Source of the DNA: Eledone cirrhosa
Taxonomy: Eukaryota
Reading direction: 5' to 3'
NCBI GenBank assembly: GCA_964016885.1
Contig: OZ024763.1
Location: 25,172,001-25,236,000, forward strand
DNA: 64,000 bases
Below, piece after piece: positions 46,458 through 60,729 of the stretch. The translations under genes were made by a program, and so were the position numbers. The notes under the pieces are model-generated. The model did not search any database and was not told the origin of the DNA. It saw nothing but the letters and a program-made list of their open reading frames with translations. Every line of letters starts with the position of its first letter. The first letter of the stretch is position 1.

Positions 46458-46526
<69 letters not shown>

Positions 46527-46643
46527 TAACAGATTAAAGTTTAAGCAAAGAATCGCTGCTTTCACCCTTAACGGGATCTTCTGAAACTCTTCCCGTTAAG
46601 AGTGAAAGCAGAGATTCTTTGCTTAAACTTTAATCGGATAATA

Positions 46644-46685
<42 letters not shown>

Positions 46686-47149
46686 GAGTAAAATGACAGG
46701 AGGATGGACTGGGGAAATTCCTTAAAGATTTGAAGGCGGTCATCCAGACTGGCAACTACTGGCTATGACCCCGCCTTCGGGTCTTAAACATTTCTCTCTA
46801 GTTTTCAGCCCCTTGGATTGTGCTACCAATATTATATTCCTTTATTAGATACATTTTGTAACACCTGATGATGTCACCAGGTCCGTAGTAATCTGGGCAT
46901 TAGAATTTCACCAGTCCAGCCTCCTGTCATTTTACTCAATAATAATTAACTCCGTTCTCGCACCACCAACAAGATTCAACATAAACGAAGATGGATGAGT
47001 TTCATTACGTCGAGTGCTTTTCCTAATATTACATCACGGTTGACTATACGGAATGACCAGTTCTATCCAGTGGCGGACTAACAAACCTAAATGTGTATAT
47101 ATATTTATATATATCTGTGTGTGTGTGTGTATACATATATATACATATG

Positions 47150-47270
47150 TACAAGGTGCATTCAGGAAGTATTGAGACTTCTTCAGGGAAGACATTTATT
47201 AATTCCAAAAAAGTCCAAAACTCTCTCTTTCAAAGTAGGATCCTCTGACCACAATGAGTTTGTTGTAGTG
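47150..47270 (+). mobile_element. Possible Tc1/mariner terminal fragment
   Basis: TA-caaggtgcattcaggaagt resembles mariner TIRs; no partner TIR seen. Confidence 0.3.
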
Positions 47271-47484
47271 CTACAACCACAACATTGGCCTTGGCAGGAT
47301 CTGAACTCAGAGCTCAGATAACCCTGGGTATTATAGTACAGTGGTAAATCCAAGGAACCCGGATGGATATTCCTCATAAACACTGTAATTGTTCTCGTTG
47401 TTGATTTGGGTAGTGTGGGAGGGAGGAAAAAATATTTCACAGATTTTTGGAGAATGTCCAAGATTGATGTAAACAATGTAAAGT

Positions 47485-48400
47485 GATGGTTATGTGGATG
47501 GTGGTGAGCGGGGGGGGAGATATGGTGGTGGTTTGGTGATAGTGTGGTGTGGTGTAGATATGGTGGTGGTGTGGTGATGGTGTGGTGTGGATATGGTGGT
47601 GGTGTGGTGCTGATATGGTGGTGGTGGTGTGGTGATGGTGTGGTGTGGATATGGTGGTGGCGATGGTGTGGTGTGGATATGGTGGTGGTGGTGATGTGGA
47701 TATGGTGGTGGCGGTGGCGATGGCGTGGTGTGGATGTAGTGGTGGTGGTGGTGTTGTGGCGATTGGTTGTAGTGATAGTGGAGGTGTGATGAAAACTGGT
47801 TATGATGATGATGATAGTGGTGGTGTGTGGCTAAGGTGGTGGTGGTGGTGGTGGTGTTATGTAAGTTGGTATGATGGTGGTGGTGGTGGTGTTATGTGAG
47901 TTGGTATTATGGTGGTGGTGGTGGTGTACGTTGATATGATAGTGGTGGTGTGTGGCTAAGTTGGTGGTGGTGGTGTGATGTAAGTTGGTATGATGGTGGT
48001 GGTGGTGGTGGTGTTATGTAAGTTGGTATGATGGTGGTGGTGTACGTTGGTATAACGGTGGTGATTGTGGTTGTGGTGTGGTGTAAATTGGTATGATGGT
48101 TGTCGGTGGTAGTGGTGGTGGCGGCGGTGGCGGTGTTATGTAAGTTAGTACGATTGTTGTGGCGGTGGTGGAGGTAGTAGTGTGGCTATTGTGTGTAGCG
48201 ATGGTGGTGGTGGTGGTGGTTGTGGTGTGGTGTGATGTACGTTGGTATAATGGTTGTCGTGATGGTGGTGGTGTAGGTTGATATGATGGTGGTGGTGATG
48301 GTGTACGTTGGTATGTTGGTTGATATGGTGGTGGCGGCCATGTTGCTGCTGTTTGGCAGTAGAGGTGGTGGTGGTGTGGTGTAGGCTGGTAGTGACGATG
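47485..48400. repeat. (GGT)n-based low-complexity and minisatellite tract
   Basis: Direct reading. Confidence 0.85.
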
Positions 48401-48501
48401 ATTAGTGAGGGCAATGATGTTGGGTAAAGAGAGCTCTCTACATGTGTGTACGTGTGTTTCTATATATGTGTATATATGAATATTTGTATGTGTATGTATA
48501 C

Positions 48502-48591
<90 letters not shown>

Positions 48592-48696
48592 TATACATAT
48601 GTAAATATATATATATACATATATATATATACATTTATATATATATTTATATATATATATATATACATTTATATATACATATATATATATATATAC

Positions 48697-48737
<41 letters not shown>

Positions 48738-48741
48738 TACA

Positions 48742-48790
<49 letters not shown>

Positions 48791-48873
48791 GAATATATAT
48801 ATAAATATATATATATAAATGTATATATATATATATATATATACATTTATATATACATATATACATATATGTA

Positions 48874-48935
<62 letters not shown>

Positions 48936-48939
48936 TGTA

Positions 48940-49018
<79 letters not shown>

Positions 49019-49909
49019 GGTGTGGTGTTGGTAGATGTGGAGTTATTTTAAGACTACGGCTAAACTAGCATTGACCTGGTCATATTATATTACTTTTACA
49101 GACAAATATAACAAGAATTTGTGCGTATGTATGTATGTATAGATTTATGTGTATATATATATATATATATATATACACATAAGTATACATATATATATAT
49201 ATATGTATATGTATGTATATGTATATATATATGTATATGTATGTATATATTTATGTATATATATATATGTATATCTATGTATAGATTTATATATAGTTAT
49301 ATGTATGTATATATTTATGTATATATATATATATTTATATATATTTATATGTATGTATATATTTATGTGTATATATATATTTATATATATTTATATGTAT
49401 GTATATATTTATGTATATATTTATATTTATATGTATGTATATATTTATCTATGTATATATATATATTTATATATATGTACATATACATATATATATATAT
49501 ATTTATATATATATATATTTATATATATATGTACATATACATATATATGTATATATATATATATATTTATATGTATACATATGTGTGTATATATATATGT
49601 GTGGGTGGGGGTGCGTGCGTGTGTATGTATTACACTTTGCAAATAACATAGCTAATATTTCGTCCTAAACATAGCTTCGTAAAATTACTGGACTTCATAG
49701 ATGTCGGTCAGTTATTTAACAATATCACGTTGTCATCTTAAACTATTCCATTCACAAAACGCGAGATATTTTACGATGTGCAATTTCTCAGCCAGGCAGA
49801 GTATATGTGATCCGTTGGAGATGGTGTTATAGATGCTCTGTTGATCATATTCCAGGCGAAATAAGGGCAGCTATATCGCTGCCTTCCTTTTAGAAGCGTC
49901 CTGATAATG

Positions 49910-50036
<127 letters not shown>

Positions 50037-50351
50037 GAAAGGCTGAAGTTGGAAATAGCACGGAAAATATATTCTAGGGTCTGTTTTTCTTTTTTTTCCT
50101 TCTTTGATTCGTCAAAGTGACATTATTGAAAAAATGATGGGGACAATTCTTTTAAAAAAGAGTTTTATAATGTATATAAAGTATATAAAGTATTACCGGT
50201 TTCGATATATTAGTAGAATTCATTCTAAAATGTTGAGTATTGCAATTAAAAAGAATTAATGAGAATTAAAAACTAAAAATTAAAAAGATTTAAAATTAAG
50301 TGTTGAGATACGGTTTTTTTCCATCTTTCTTGCTGAGAAGGAGACTGGAGA

Positions 50352-50409
<58 letters not shown>

Positions 50410-50542
50410 ATTTTATGTCGCTATTTATATAGATATATGATATAGATAAATAGATAGCTAACTCCATCAATTTAACATACAAATTTCCTAGACGTAAACA
50501 CTAGGTCTAAAGTAAGGTAAAATACTTATAAAATACCGAAGG

Positions 50543-50574
<32 letters not shown>

Positions 50575-50643
50575 ATTTATATATATATATATTTATATAT
50601 ATATTCAGATTCATACATCCATACATAAGATACATACCATTTG

Positions 50644-50699
<56 letters not shown>

Positions 50700-51792
50700 G
50701 TGTGGTGTATATATATAATATACATATGTTATGTACCTTCTTATGTATGGATGTATGAATCTGAATATATATACACACACACTCACCCATATATATATAT
50801 ATATATATATATATATCCTTAGGTATTATATACGCTTATACGCTAGCCTAAATTATTCGGCGAAATATAATGATATAAACTAACAGGAGAGAACAGATAA
50901 ATCTAACATCAACAACAGCAGCAACAACAGCTCTAAAGAAAGAATTAGAAGAAAAAAGGAAGAAAAATAAGGCCGCTTACGTAAATGATAAAGAAGTTCT
51001 ACATGAAAAAGTGAGAGGGGTCACAATACGAGAATGGTGAAATGCTAAACAGATTCCATTGCTGGGAACATTTAACGTTCCTGGATTTATTTTCGGTTTC
51101 TTCGGAGAGCAATTATTCCAAGATGGCTGCTTTGTATTGTTTTTTGTATGTTTCGTGTGTTTGTGTTTTTTTCTGTTGTTTTATGTGTGATTTGTGTGTG
51201 TTTTTTCTGTGTGTTTTAATGTGCTTTGTGTTTTTTCTGTTTTCTGTGTGTTTTGTGTATGTGTGATTTGTTTGTGTGTTTTTTTCTGTGTATTTTGTGT
51301 GTGTGTGTTTTGTCTTTTCTGTGTTTGTTGTGTGTATGTTATGTGTTTTTGTGTGTGTGTGTGTGTGATTTGTGTTTTTGTGTGTGTGATTTGTGTTTTG
51401 TGTATGTGTGTTGTTTTGTGTGTGTGTTTGTGTTTTTGTGTGTGTGTTTTGTGTGTGTGTTTGTGTTTTTGTGTGTGTGTTGTGTGTTTGTGTTTTTGTG
51501 TGTGTGTGTTTTGTCTTTTCTGTGTGTGTTGTGTGTGTGTTTTTATTTGGTTGTTGTATGTTAAATTTTGTGTGTTGGACTTGGTGGTGCTGCTGTTGCT
51601 GCTGCTGCTGCTGCTGGTGGTGGTAGTGGTGGTGGTGCTGGTAGTAGGGATGTTGGCAGTGGTGGTGGTGGTGGTGGTGGAGGAAAGGGGAGAAAATTAG
51701 AAATATATAAGTATATGAAAAATAAGAAGATGAGAAGAAGAAAAATGGCAAAACTTAATAGCTGCCCTGATGATACTTGTTAGACTGCGGCT

Positions 51793-51909
<117 letters not shown>

Positions 51910-51917
51910 TATATATA

Positions 51918-51970
<53 letters not shown>

Positions 51971-52098
51971 TATATGAATATAGACATAGAATATTCGAAA
52001 ATATTCTGTATGTTTATAATAAACATTTTGAAGACCTAATCGCTATAGAATAGAATACGTCACGTATTACAATTAGATTCTCGATAAAAGCAAGGGAA

Positions 52099-52141
52099 GT
52101 AATCTACGCGTTTCATTCTCGTTAGAAATCATCAGGACTAC
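52099..52141 (-). ncRNA. Type I hammerhead ribozyme (family A, inverted copy)
   Basis: Reverse complement of the array hammerhead. Confidence 0.8.
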
Positions 52142-52345
52142 ATATTCAAAATGTTTATTATAAACATACAGAATATTTTCGAATATTCTATGTCTATATT
52201 CACATATATATCGCTATTTCAGAGCATTTATTCCAATTTCTAATTTCTGCCGGACCGGCAACCGCTCTTTCAAACCAGTTCCTGTACACAGCTAAGTATT
52301 CTATAAGTCTCTAGCTGTGTCATTCTCGATAAAAGCACTGGATAT

Positions 52346-52388
52346 GTAGTCCTGATGATTTCTAACGAGAATGAAACGCGTAGATTAC
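52346..52388 (+). ncRNA. Type I hammerhead ribozyme (family A); 14 copies at 52346+310n, the last at 56376
   Basis: GUAGUC CUGAUGA U UUCU-AACG-AGAA U GAAAC GC GUA GAUUAC; stem I extended by a 16-bp helix attctcgataaaagca/tgcttttatcgagaat. Confidence 0.88.
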
Positions 52389-55300
52389 TTCCCTTGCTTT
52401 TATCGAGAATCTAATTGTAATACGTGACGTATTCTATTCTATAGCGATTAGGTCTTCAAAATGTTTATTATAAACATACAGAATATTTTCGAATATTCTA
52501 TGTCTATATTCACATATATATCGCTATTTCAGAGCATTTATTCCAATTTCTAATTTCTGCCGGACCGGCAACCGCTCTTTCAAACCAGTTCCTGTACACA
52601 GCTAAGTATTCTATAAGTCTCTAGCTGTGTCATTCTCGATAAAAGCACTGGATATGTAGTCCTGATGATTTCTAACGAGAATGAAACGCGTAGATTACTT
52701 CCCTTGCTTTTATCGAGAATCTAATTGTAATACGTGACGTATTCTATTCTATAGCGATTAGGTCTTCAAAATGTTTATTATAAACATACAGAATATTTTC
52801 GAATATTCTATGTCTATATTCACATATATATCGCTATTTCAGAGCATTTATTCCAATTTCTAATTTCTGCCGGACCGGCAACCGCTCTTTCAAACCAGTT
52901 CCTGTACACAGCTAAGTATTCTATAAGTCTCTAGCTGTGTCATTCTCGATAAAAGCACTGGATATGTAGTCCTGATGATTTCTAACGAGAATGAAACGCG
53001 TAGATTACTTCCCTTGCTTTTATCGAGAATCTAATTGTAATACGTGACGTATTCTATTCTATAGCGATTAGGTCTTCAAAATGTTTATTATAAACATACA
53101 GAATATTTTCGAATATTCTATGTCTATATTCACATATATATCGCTATTTCAGAGCATTTATTCCAATTTCTAATTTCTGCCGGACCGGCAACCGCTCTTT
53201 CAAACCAGTTCCTGTACACAGCTAAGTATTCTATAAGTCTCTAGCTGTGTCATTCTCGATAAAAGCACTGGATATGTAGTCCTGATGATTTCTAACGAGA
53301 ATGAAACGCGTAGATTACTTCCCTTGCTTTTATCGAGAATCTAATTGTAATACGTGACGTATTCTATTCTATAGCGATTAGGTCTTCAAAATGTTTATTA
53401 TAAACATACAGAATATTTTCGAATATTCTATGTCTATATTCACATATATATCGCTATTTCAGAGCATTTATTCCAATTTCTAATTTCTGCCGGACCGGCA
53501 ACCGCTCTTTCAAACCAGTTCCTGTACACAGCTAAGTATTCTATAAGTCTCTAGCTGTGTCATTCTCGATAAAAGCACTGGATATGTAGTCCTGATGATT
53601 TCTAACGAGAATGAAACGCGTAGATTACTTCCCTTGCTTTTATCGAGAATCTAATTGTAATACGTGACGTATTCTATTCTATAGCGATTAGGTCTTCAAA
53701 ATGTTTATTATAAACATACAGAATATTTTCGAATATTCTATGTCTATATTCACATATATATCGCTATTTCAGAGCATTTATTCCAATTTCTAATTTCTGC
53801 CGGACCGGCAACCGCTCTTTCAAACCAGTTCCTGTACACAGCTAAGTATTCTATAAGTCTCTAGCTGTGTCATTCTCGATAAAAGCACTGGATATGTAGT
53901 CCTGATGATTTCTAACGAGAATGAAACGCGTAGATTACTTCCCTTGCTTTTATCGAGAATCTAATTGTAATACGTGACGTATTCTATTCTATAGCGATTA
54001 GGTCTTCAAAATGTTTATTATAAACATACAGAATATTTTCGAATATTCTATGTCTATATTCACATATATATCGCTATTTCAGAGCATTTATTCCAATTTC
54101 TAATTTCTGCCGGACCGGCAACCGCTCTTTCAAACCAGTTCCTGTACACAGCTAAGTATTCTATAAGTCTCTAGCTGTGTCATTCTCGATAAAAGCACTG
54201 GATATGTAGTCCTGATGATTTCTAACGAGAATGAAACGCGTAGATTACTTCCCTTGCTTTTATCGAGAATCTAATTGTAATACGTGACGTATTCTATTCT
54301 ATAGCGATTAGGTCTTCAAAATGTTTATTATAAACATACAGAATATTTTCGAATATTCTATGTCTATATTCACATATATATCGCTATTTCAGAGCATTTA
54401 TTCCAATTTCTAATTTCTGCCGGACCGGCAACCGCTCTTTCAAACCAGTTCCTGTACACAGCTAAGTATTCTATAAGTCTCTAGCTGTGTCATTCTCGAT
54501 AAAAGCACTGGATATGTAGTCCTGATGATTTCTAACGAGAATGAAACGCGTAGATTACTTCCCTTGCTTTTATCGAGAATCTAATTGTAATACGTGACGT
54601 ATTCTATTCTATAGCGATTAGGTCTTCAAAATGTTTATTATAAACATACAGAATATTTTCGAATATTCTATGTCTATATTCACATATATATCGCTATTTC
54701 AGAGCATTTATTCCAATTTCTAATTTCTGCCGGACCGGCAACCGCTCTTTCAAACCAGTTCCTGTACACAGCTAAGTATTCTATAAGTCTCTAGCTGTGT
54801 CATTCTCGATAAAAGCACTGGATATGTAGTCCTGATGATTTCTAACGAGAATGAAACGCGTAGATTACTTCCCTTGCTTTTATCGAGAATCTAATTGTAA
54901 TACGTGACGTATTCTATTCTATAGCGATTAGGTCTTCAAAATGTTTATTATAAACATACAGAATATTTTCGAATATTCTATGTCTATATTCACATATATA
55001 TCGCTATTTCAGAGCATTTATTCCAATTTCTAATTTCTGCCGGACCGGCAACCGCTCTTTCAAACCAGTTCCTGTACACAGCTAAGTATTCTATAAGTCT
55101 CTAGCTGTGTCATTCTCGATAAAAGCACTGGATATGTAGTCCTGATGATTTCTAACGAGAATGAAACGCGTAGATTACTTCCCTTGCTTTTATCGAGAAT
55201 CTAATTGTAATACGTGACGTATTCTATTCTATAGCGATTAGGTCTTCAAAATGTTTATTATAAACATACAGAATATTTTCGAATATTCTATGTCTATATT

Positions 55301-56669
55301 CACATATATATCGCTATTTCAGAGCATTTATTCCAATTTCTAATTTCTGCCGGACCGGCAACCGCTCTTTCAAACCAGTTCCTGTACACAGCTAAGTATT
55401 CTATAAGTCTCTAGCTGTGTCATTCTCGATAAAAGCACTGGATATGTAGTCCTGATGATTTCTAACGAGAATGAAACGCGTAGATTACTTCCCTTGCTTT
55501 TATCGAGAATCTAATTGTAATACGTGACGTATTCTATTCTATAGCGATTAGGTCTTCAAAATGTTTATTATAAACATACAGAATATTTTCGAATATTCTA
55601 TGTCTATATTCACATATATATCGCTATTTCAGAGCATTTATTCCAATTTCTAATTTCTGCCGGACCGGCAACCGCTCTTTCAAACCAGTTCCTGTACACA
55701 GCTAAGTATTCTATAAGTCTCTAGCTGTGTCATTCTCGATAAAAGCACTGGATATGTAGTCCTGATGATTTCTAACGAGAATGAAACGCGTAGATTACTT
55801 CCCTTGCTTTTATCGAGAATCTAATTGTAATACGTGACGTATTCTATTCTATAGCGATTAGGTCTTCAAAATGTTTATTATAAACATACAGAATATTTTC
55901 GAATATTCTATGTCTATATTCACATATATATCGCTATTTCAGAGCATTTATTCCAATTTCTAATTTCTGCCGGACCGGCAACCGCTCTTTCAAACCAGTT
56001 CCTGTACACAGCTAAGTATTCTATAAGTCTCTAGCTGTGTCATTCTCGATAAAAGCACTGGATATGTAGTCCTGATGATTTCTAACGAGAATGAAACGCG
56101 TAGATTACTTCCCTTGCTTTTATCGAGAATCTAATTGTAATACGTGACGTATTCTATTCTATAGCGATTAGGTCTTCAAAATGTTTATTATAAACATACA
56201 GAATATTTTCGAATATTCTATGTCTATATTCACATATATATCGCTATTTCAGAGCATTTATTCCAATTTCTAATTTCTGCCGGACCGGCAACCGCTCTTT
56301 CAAACCAGTTCCTGTACACAGCTAAGTATTCTATAAGTCTCTAGCTGTGTCATTCTCGATAAAAGCACTGGATATGTAGTCCTGATGATTTCTAACGAGA
56401 ATGAAACGCGTAGATTACTTCCCTTGCTTTTATCGAGAATCTAATTGTAATACGTGACGTATTCTATTCTATAGCGATTAGGTCTTCAAAATGTTTATTA
56501 TAAACATACAGAATATTTTCGAATATTCTATGTCTATATTCACATATATATCGCTATTTCAGAGCATTTATTCCAATTTCTAATATATATATATATATTA
56601 TATATATATATATATTATATATATATATGTATATATATATATATACATATATATATATACATATATAGT

Positions 56670-56718
56670 GATTCCTGATGATTTCTAAAGAATGAAACAG
56701 TTCTAGTCCTGTAGAATC
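56670..56718 (+). ncRNA. Type I hammerhead ribozyme (family C), isolated in (TA)n
   Basis: GAUUC CUGAUGA UUUC-UAAA-GAAU GAAACAGUUCUAGUCCUGUA GAAUC. Confidence 0.78.
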
Positions 56719-56756
56719 TCATCTATATTAAAACTATATATACATATATATATATA

Positions 56757-56833
<77 letters not shown>

Positions 56834-56848
56834 GTATATATATATATG

Positions 56849-56881
<33 letters not shown>

Positions 56882-56892
56882 GTATATATATG

Positions 56893-57071
<179 letters not shown>

Positions 57072-57074
57072 GTG

Positions 57075-57123
<49 letters not shown>

Positions 57124-57419
57124 GGGAAAAACCCATCACACACAAGACGAACAATAACATGTAGCTTGCAGTAATAGTTCACATGGGGGAGGGGGAGATG
57201 ATATCTTACATTTATCTCTTAGTTGATGTTATTAATGTTGTTGGTGATATTGTTGTAGTTGTTTTTGTCATTGGTTTTTTGGGGGGTTTTTTTTTCATTA
57301 TTTTCCCTGATTTTTTTTTTTTTGTTTTTTGTTGTTGTTTTTTCCATTTCGTTCTTCTCCGTCTTCCATTTGGCAAGATTCTTGCATGTGTTTAGCAAGC
57401 AGGTGTATAGTGGGCTAAC

Positions 57420-57570
57420 TCTTTCATTCCATATATCTAATGAAAAACACTGCCTATGTCTTTAACCCTTTCATTACCATAGTTCTAAGGAAGACACTGT
57501 CTATGTCTTTAACCCTTTCATTACCATATTTCTAATGAAAGACACTGTCTATGTCTTTAACCCTTTCATT
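57420..57570. repeat. ~47-bp tandem repeat, ~3 copies, containing ttaaccctttcattac
   Basis: gacactgtctatgtctttaaccctttcatta recurs; TTAA-CCC resembles a piggyBac-type end. Confidence 0.7.
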
Positions 57571-57627
57571 ATATATATATGTATGTATGTATGTATGTGT
57601 GTGTATATATATTCAAATACATGTATG

Positions 57628-57664
<37 letters not shown>

Positions 57665-58181
57665 AATAAAAGTAAACAAGATCTCTGGTATAAATTCTGC
57701 GGCCAGTGTCTAGCTCACCTAATGAATCTGGCGAATTGCAATAATGCAGCTGCAACCAACTGTTCAGGGTGCACACATTGTGTTTAGGTGAAGATAGATG
57801 TAAATATCCCTTTTCATGGACGATCGTTTCTTTGTAATATATCTTTACAAATTCAGATATTACGTCCGCAATGTTCAGAAAATCCTGCAATATCAGCAGA
57901 TATTTACGTAATCGAGCTATTACTCGTCTTCAGCAGGCTGACCAAATCATAGGTCCGTGTAGTGTGAACTAGCCATCACTACTGGATAAGCTATCCAACA
58001 GTTCACGGCAATCCCTCACTCCTTCTCTAACGAAAAGAGGAAGAATCTCTCGCAGAGTAAAACACGTAGTTTTGGTGGCAGAATTCTAACAAAGGAATTC
58101 GCGCCATAACGAGGTTCATGCATATATACATATATACAAGGAAATATAATCTGATTTATGATATATATATATGTATATAAA

Positions 58182-58242
<61 letters not shown>

Positions 58243-59167
58243 TATATATATATATATATATATAATGATGAAAAATGGCGTGCTGTGTTGTTGCACATGT
58301 GATATACAAATTCTTCATTTTAATTTGTATATCACATATGCAACAACACAGCACGCCATTTTTCATTCCTATATGCTTTCCCTGTGACCTGTCTTTTTCT
58401 CTTCCCTTACTGCTATCCTCTTTCTCTCTCCCCCTTCTCTCTCTTTCTCCCTCTTACTTTCATTCACCCCCTCTACTAGTCACCCTCTTTCGGCTAGCCT
58501 CTTCCTCACACTTTCACTCACTCACTTTCTGTCTGCTACTCACCCTCTCTCTCACTTCCTCCATCGTCCCACACCGTGCGAAATACTTTCCTCGCTTACT
58601 TTCGCATGGTTAAGATGTGTCTTTCGTCTTCTCGTCAATATTCGCAAGTTCTTATGTTTAAATGAATCATTGACTTGATTTTCTCATTTTTTCCTCTCTT
58701 TACGTTGCCTCACCATTCCTGTTTGTTTACCCGTTTCTCTTTCTCCACCCAATTCTTTTTATACCAATAACTTATTTTAGTTATTGTTCGCGCTAGCCTG
58801 AGGTATCTGGTCTTTAATGCCAAGAAATACCTATGATGGCTAGTAGACCACTGATGATGGATAGTCCTGGCTTCTATTTCTCATTCTTCATTTTAATTTA
58901 TAAATATATATATGTGTGTGTGTCTGTATATATATATATTGTTATACTTTGGGGGGGGTCTTGCTGCCAATAAAAACACATGCACCTGTTGGTTTTCACT
59001 TATATTTATTATAAACCTGTTTAGTTGTTTATTATCAAATTTCTTTCATCACACTTAGTGTGACATCCTCAGTGACTAATTTCTGATTTGGTTTCTCTCC
59101 TTTGTTCTCTTCTACACCATCTTGTTTTGTGAGCTGCGAAGCAAATGCAATACAAATACAAAAGTGT

Positions 59168-59218
<51 letters not shown>

Positions 59219-59247
59219 ATCTATATATATATATATATGTATGTATA

Positions 59248-59284
<37 letters not shown>

Positions 59285-59311
59285 CTATATATATATATAT
59301 ATATATGTATA

Positions 59312-59363
<52 letters not shown>

Positions 59364-59652
59364 CAAATAACGAAACGAAATTAAACTTCGTTTCGTTTGT
59401 AACTCACTTTTGTATGACTGACGCTTAAACAATTAAGTTAAAGATGTACATCCATATATGTATACTGAAATACTAGTATGTATATGAATACACACACGTA
59501 TACATATGTAGATGTACCAAGTTTTTTCACTGGTCACTTTACTGTGAGTGGCCAGCTATTCTGTATGTAAACACACAGACAAACCGGTTTTTAGAGTCAT
59601 ACTGGTTTTTGAGGAAACACCTTTCCTCTATTCTCCAGAAAGCCAGACAAGG

Positions 59653-59697
59653 AATATTGAACTAGTTTCGTTGTTGTTACAACTCATCAGCAATATT
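59653..59697 (-). ncRNA. Type I hammerhead ribozyme (family B)
   Basis: Reverse complement of 60218-60262. Confidence 0.82.
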
Positions 59698-60217
59698 TAC
59701 CTATCTTCCGGCCTCTCTAGAGAATCGTAAAAGCACATATCGTTATATGCTTTTTCTATGAAAATTAGTAGTGGGCAGACTAATTTGCATAGAGTGTGAG
59801 TAAGTACCGGTTCAACGGAGACGATAAAAACAAATAACGAAACGAAATTAAACTTCGTTTCGTTTGTAACTCACTTTTGTATGACTGACGCTTAAACAAT
59901 TAAGTTAAAGATGTACATCCATATATGTATACTGAAATACATATGTATACGTGTGTGTATTCATATACATACTAGTATTTCAGTATACATATATGGATGT
60001 ACATCTTTAACTTAATTGTTTAAGCGTCAGTCATACAAAAGTGAGTTACAAACGAAACGAAGTTTAATTTCGTTTCGTTATTTGTTTTTATCGTCTCCGT
60101 TGAACCGGTACTTACTCACACTCTATGCAAATTAGTCTGCCCACTACTAATTTTCATAGAAAAAGCATATAACGATATGTGCTTTTACGATTCTCTAGAG
60201 AGGCCGGAAGATAGGTA

Positions 60218-60262
60218 AATATTGCTGATGAGTTGTAACAACAACGAAACTAGTTCAATATT
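60218..60262 (+). ncRNA. Type I hammerhead ribozyme (family B)
   Basis: 7-bp stem I AAUAUUG/CAAUAUU, CUGAUGA, 5-bp stem II, GAAAC UA GUU. Confidence 0.84.
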
Positions 60263-60684
60263 CCTTGTCTGGCTTTCTGGAGAATAGAGGAAAGGTGTTT
60301 CCTCAAAAACCAGTATGACTCTAAAAACCGGTTTGTCTGTGTGTTTACATACAGAATAGCTGGCCACTCACAGTAAAGTGACCAGTGAAAAAACTTGGTA
60401 CATCTACATATGTATACGTGTGTGTATTCATATACATACTAGTATTTCAGTATACATATATGGATGTACATCTTTAACTTAATTGTTTAAGCGTCAGTCA
60501 TACAAAAGTGAGTTACAAACGAAACGAAGTTTAATTTCGTTTCGTTATTTGTTTTTATCGTCTCCGTTGAACCGGTACTTACTCACACTCTATGCAAATT
60601 AGTCTGCCCACTACTAATTTTCATAGAAAAAGCATATAACGATATGTGCTTTTACGATTCTCTAGAGAGGCCGGAAGATAGGTA

Positions 60685-60729
60685 AATATTGCTGATGAGT
60701 TGTAACAACAACGAAACTAGTTCAATATT
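60685..60729 (+). ncRNA. Type I hammerhead ribozyme (family B)
   Basis: Identical to 60218-60262, one period downstream. Confidence 0.84.

Larger units (their letters stand above)
51975..56583 (+). repeat. 310-bp tandem array (~14.3 apparently identical units, 52145-56583) preceded by a 170-bp inverted partial unit; retrozyme-like (family A)
   Basis: Exact 310-bp period; 51975-52144 is the reverse complement of part of the unit; (TA)n on both sides. Confidence 0.97.

Noticed and set aside
49832-49900. GAUGCU-CUGUUGA...GAAA...AGCGUC hammerhead-like motif
   Set aside because: A6 mutated, no stem II, cleavage register unclear
52145-56583. 310-bp array as a CRISPR array or 5S/tRNA/snRNA gene cluster
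   Set aside because: No variable spacers and no recognisable structural RNA gene sequence; units are identical and contain a hammerhead instead
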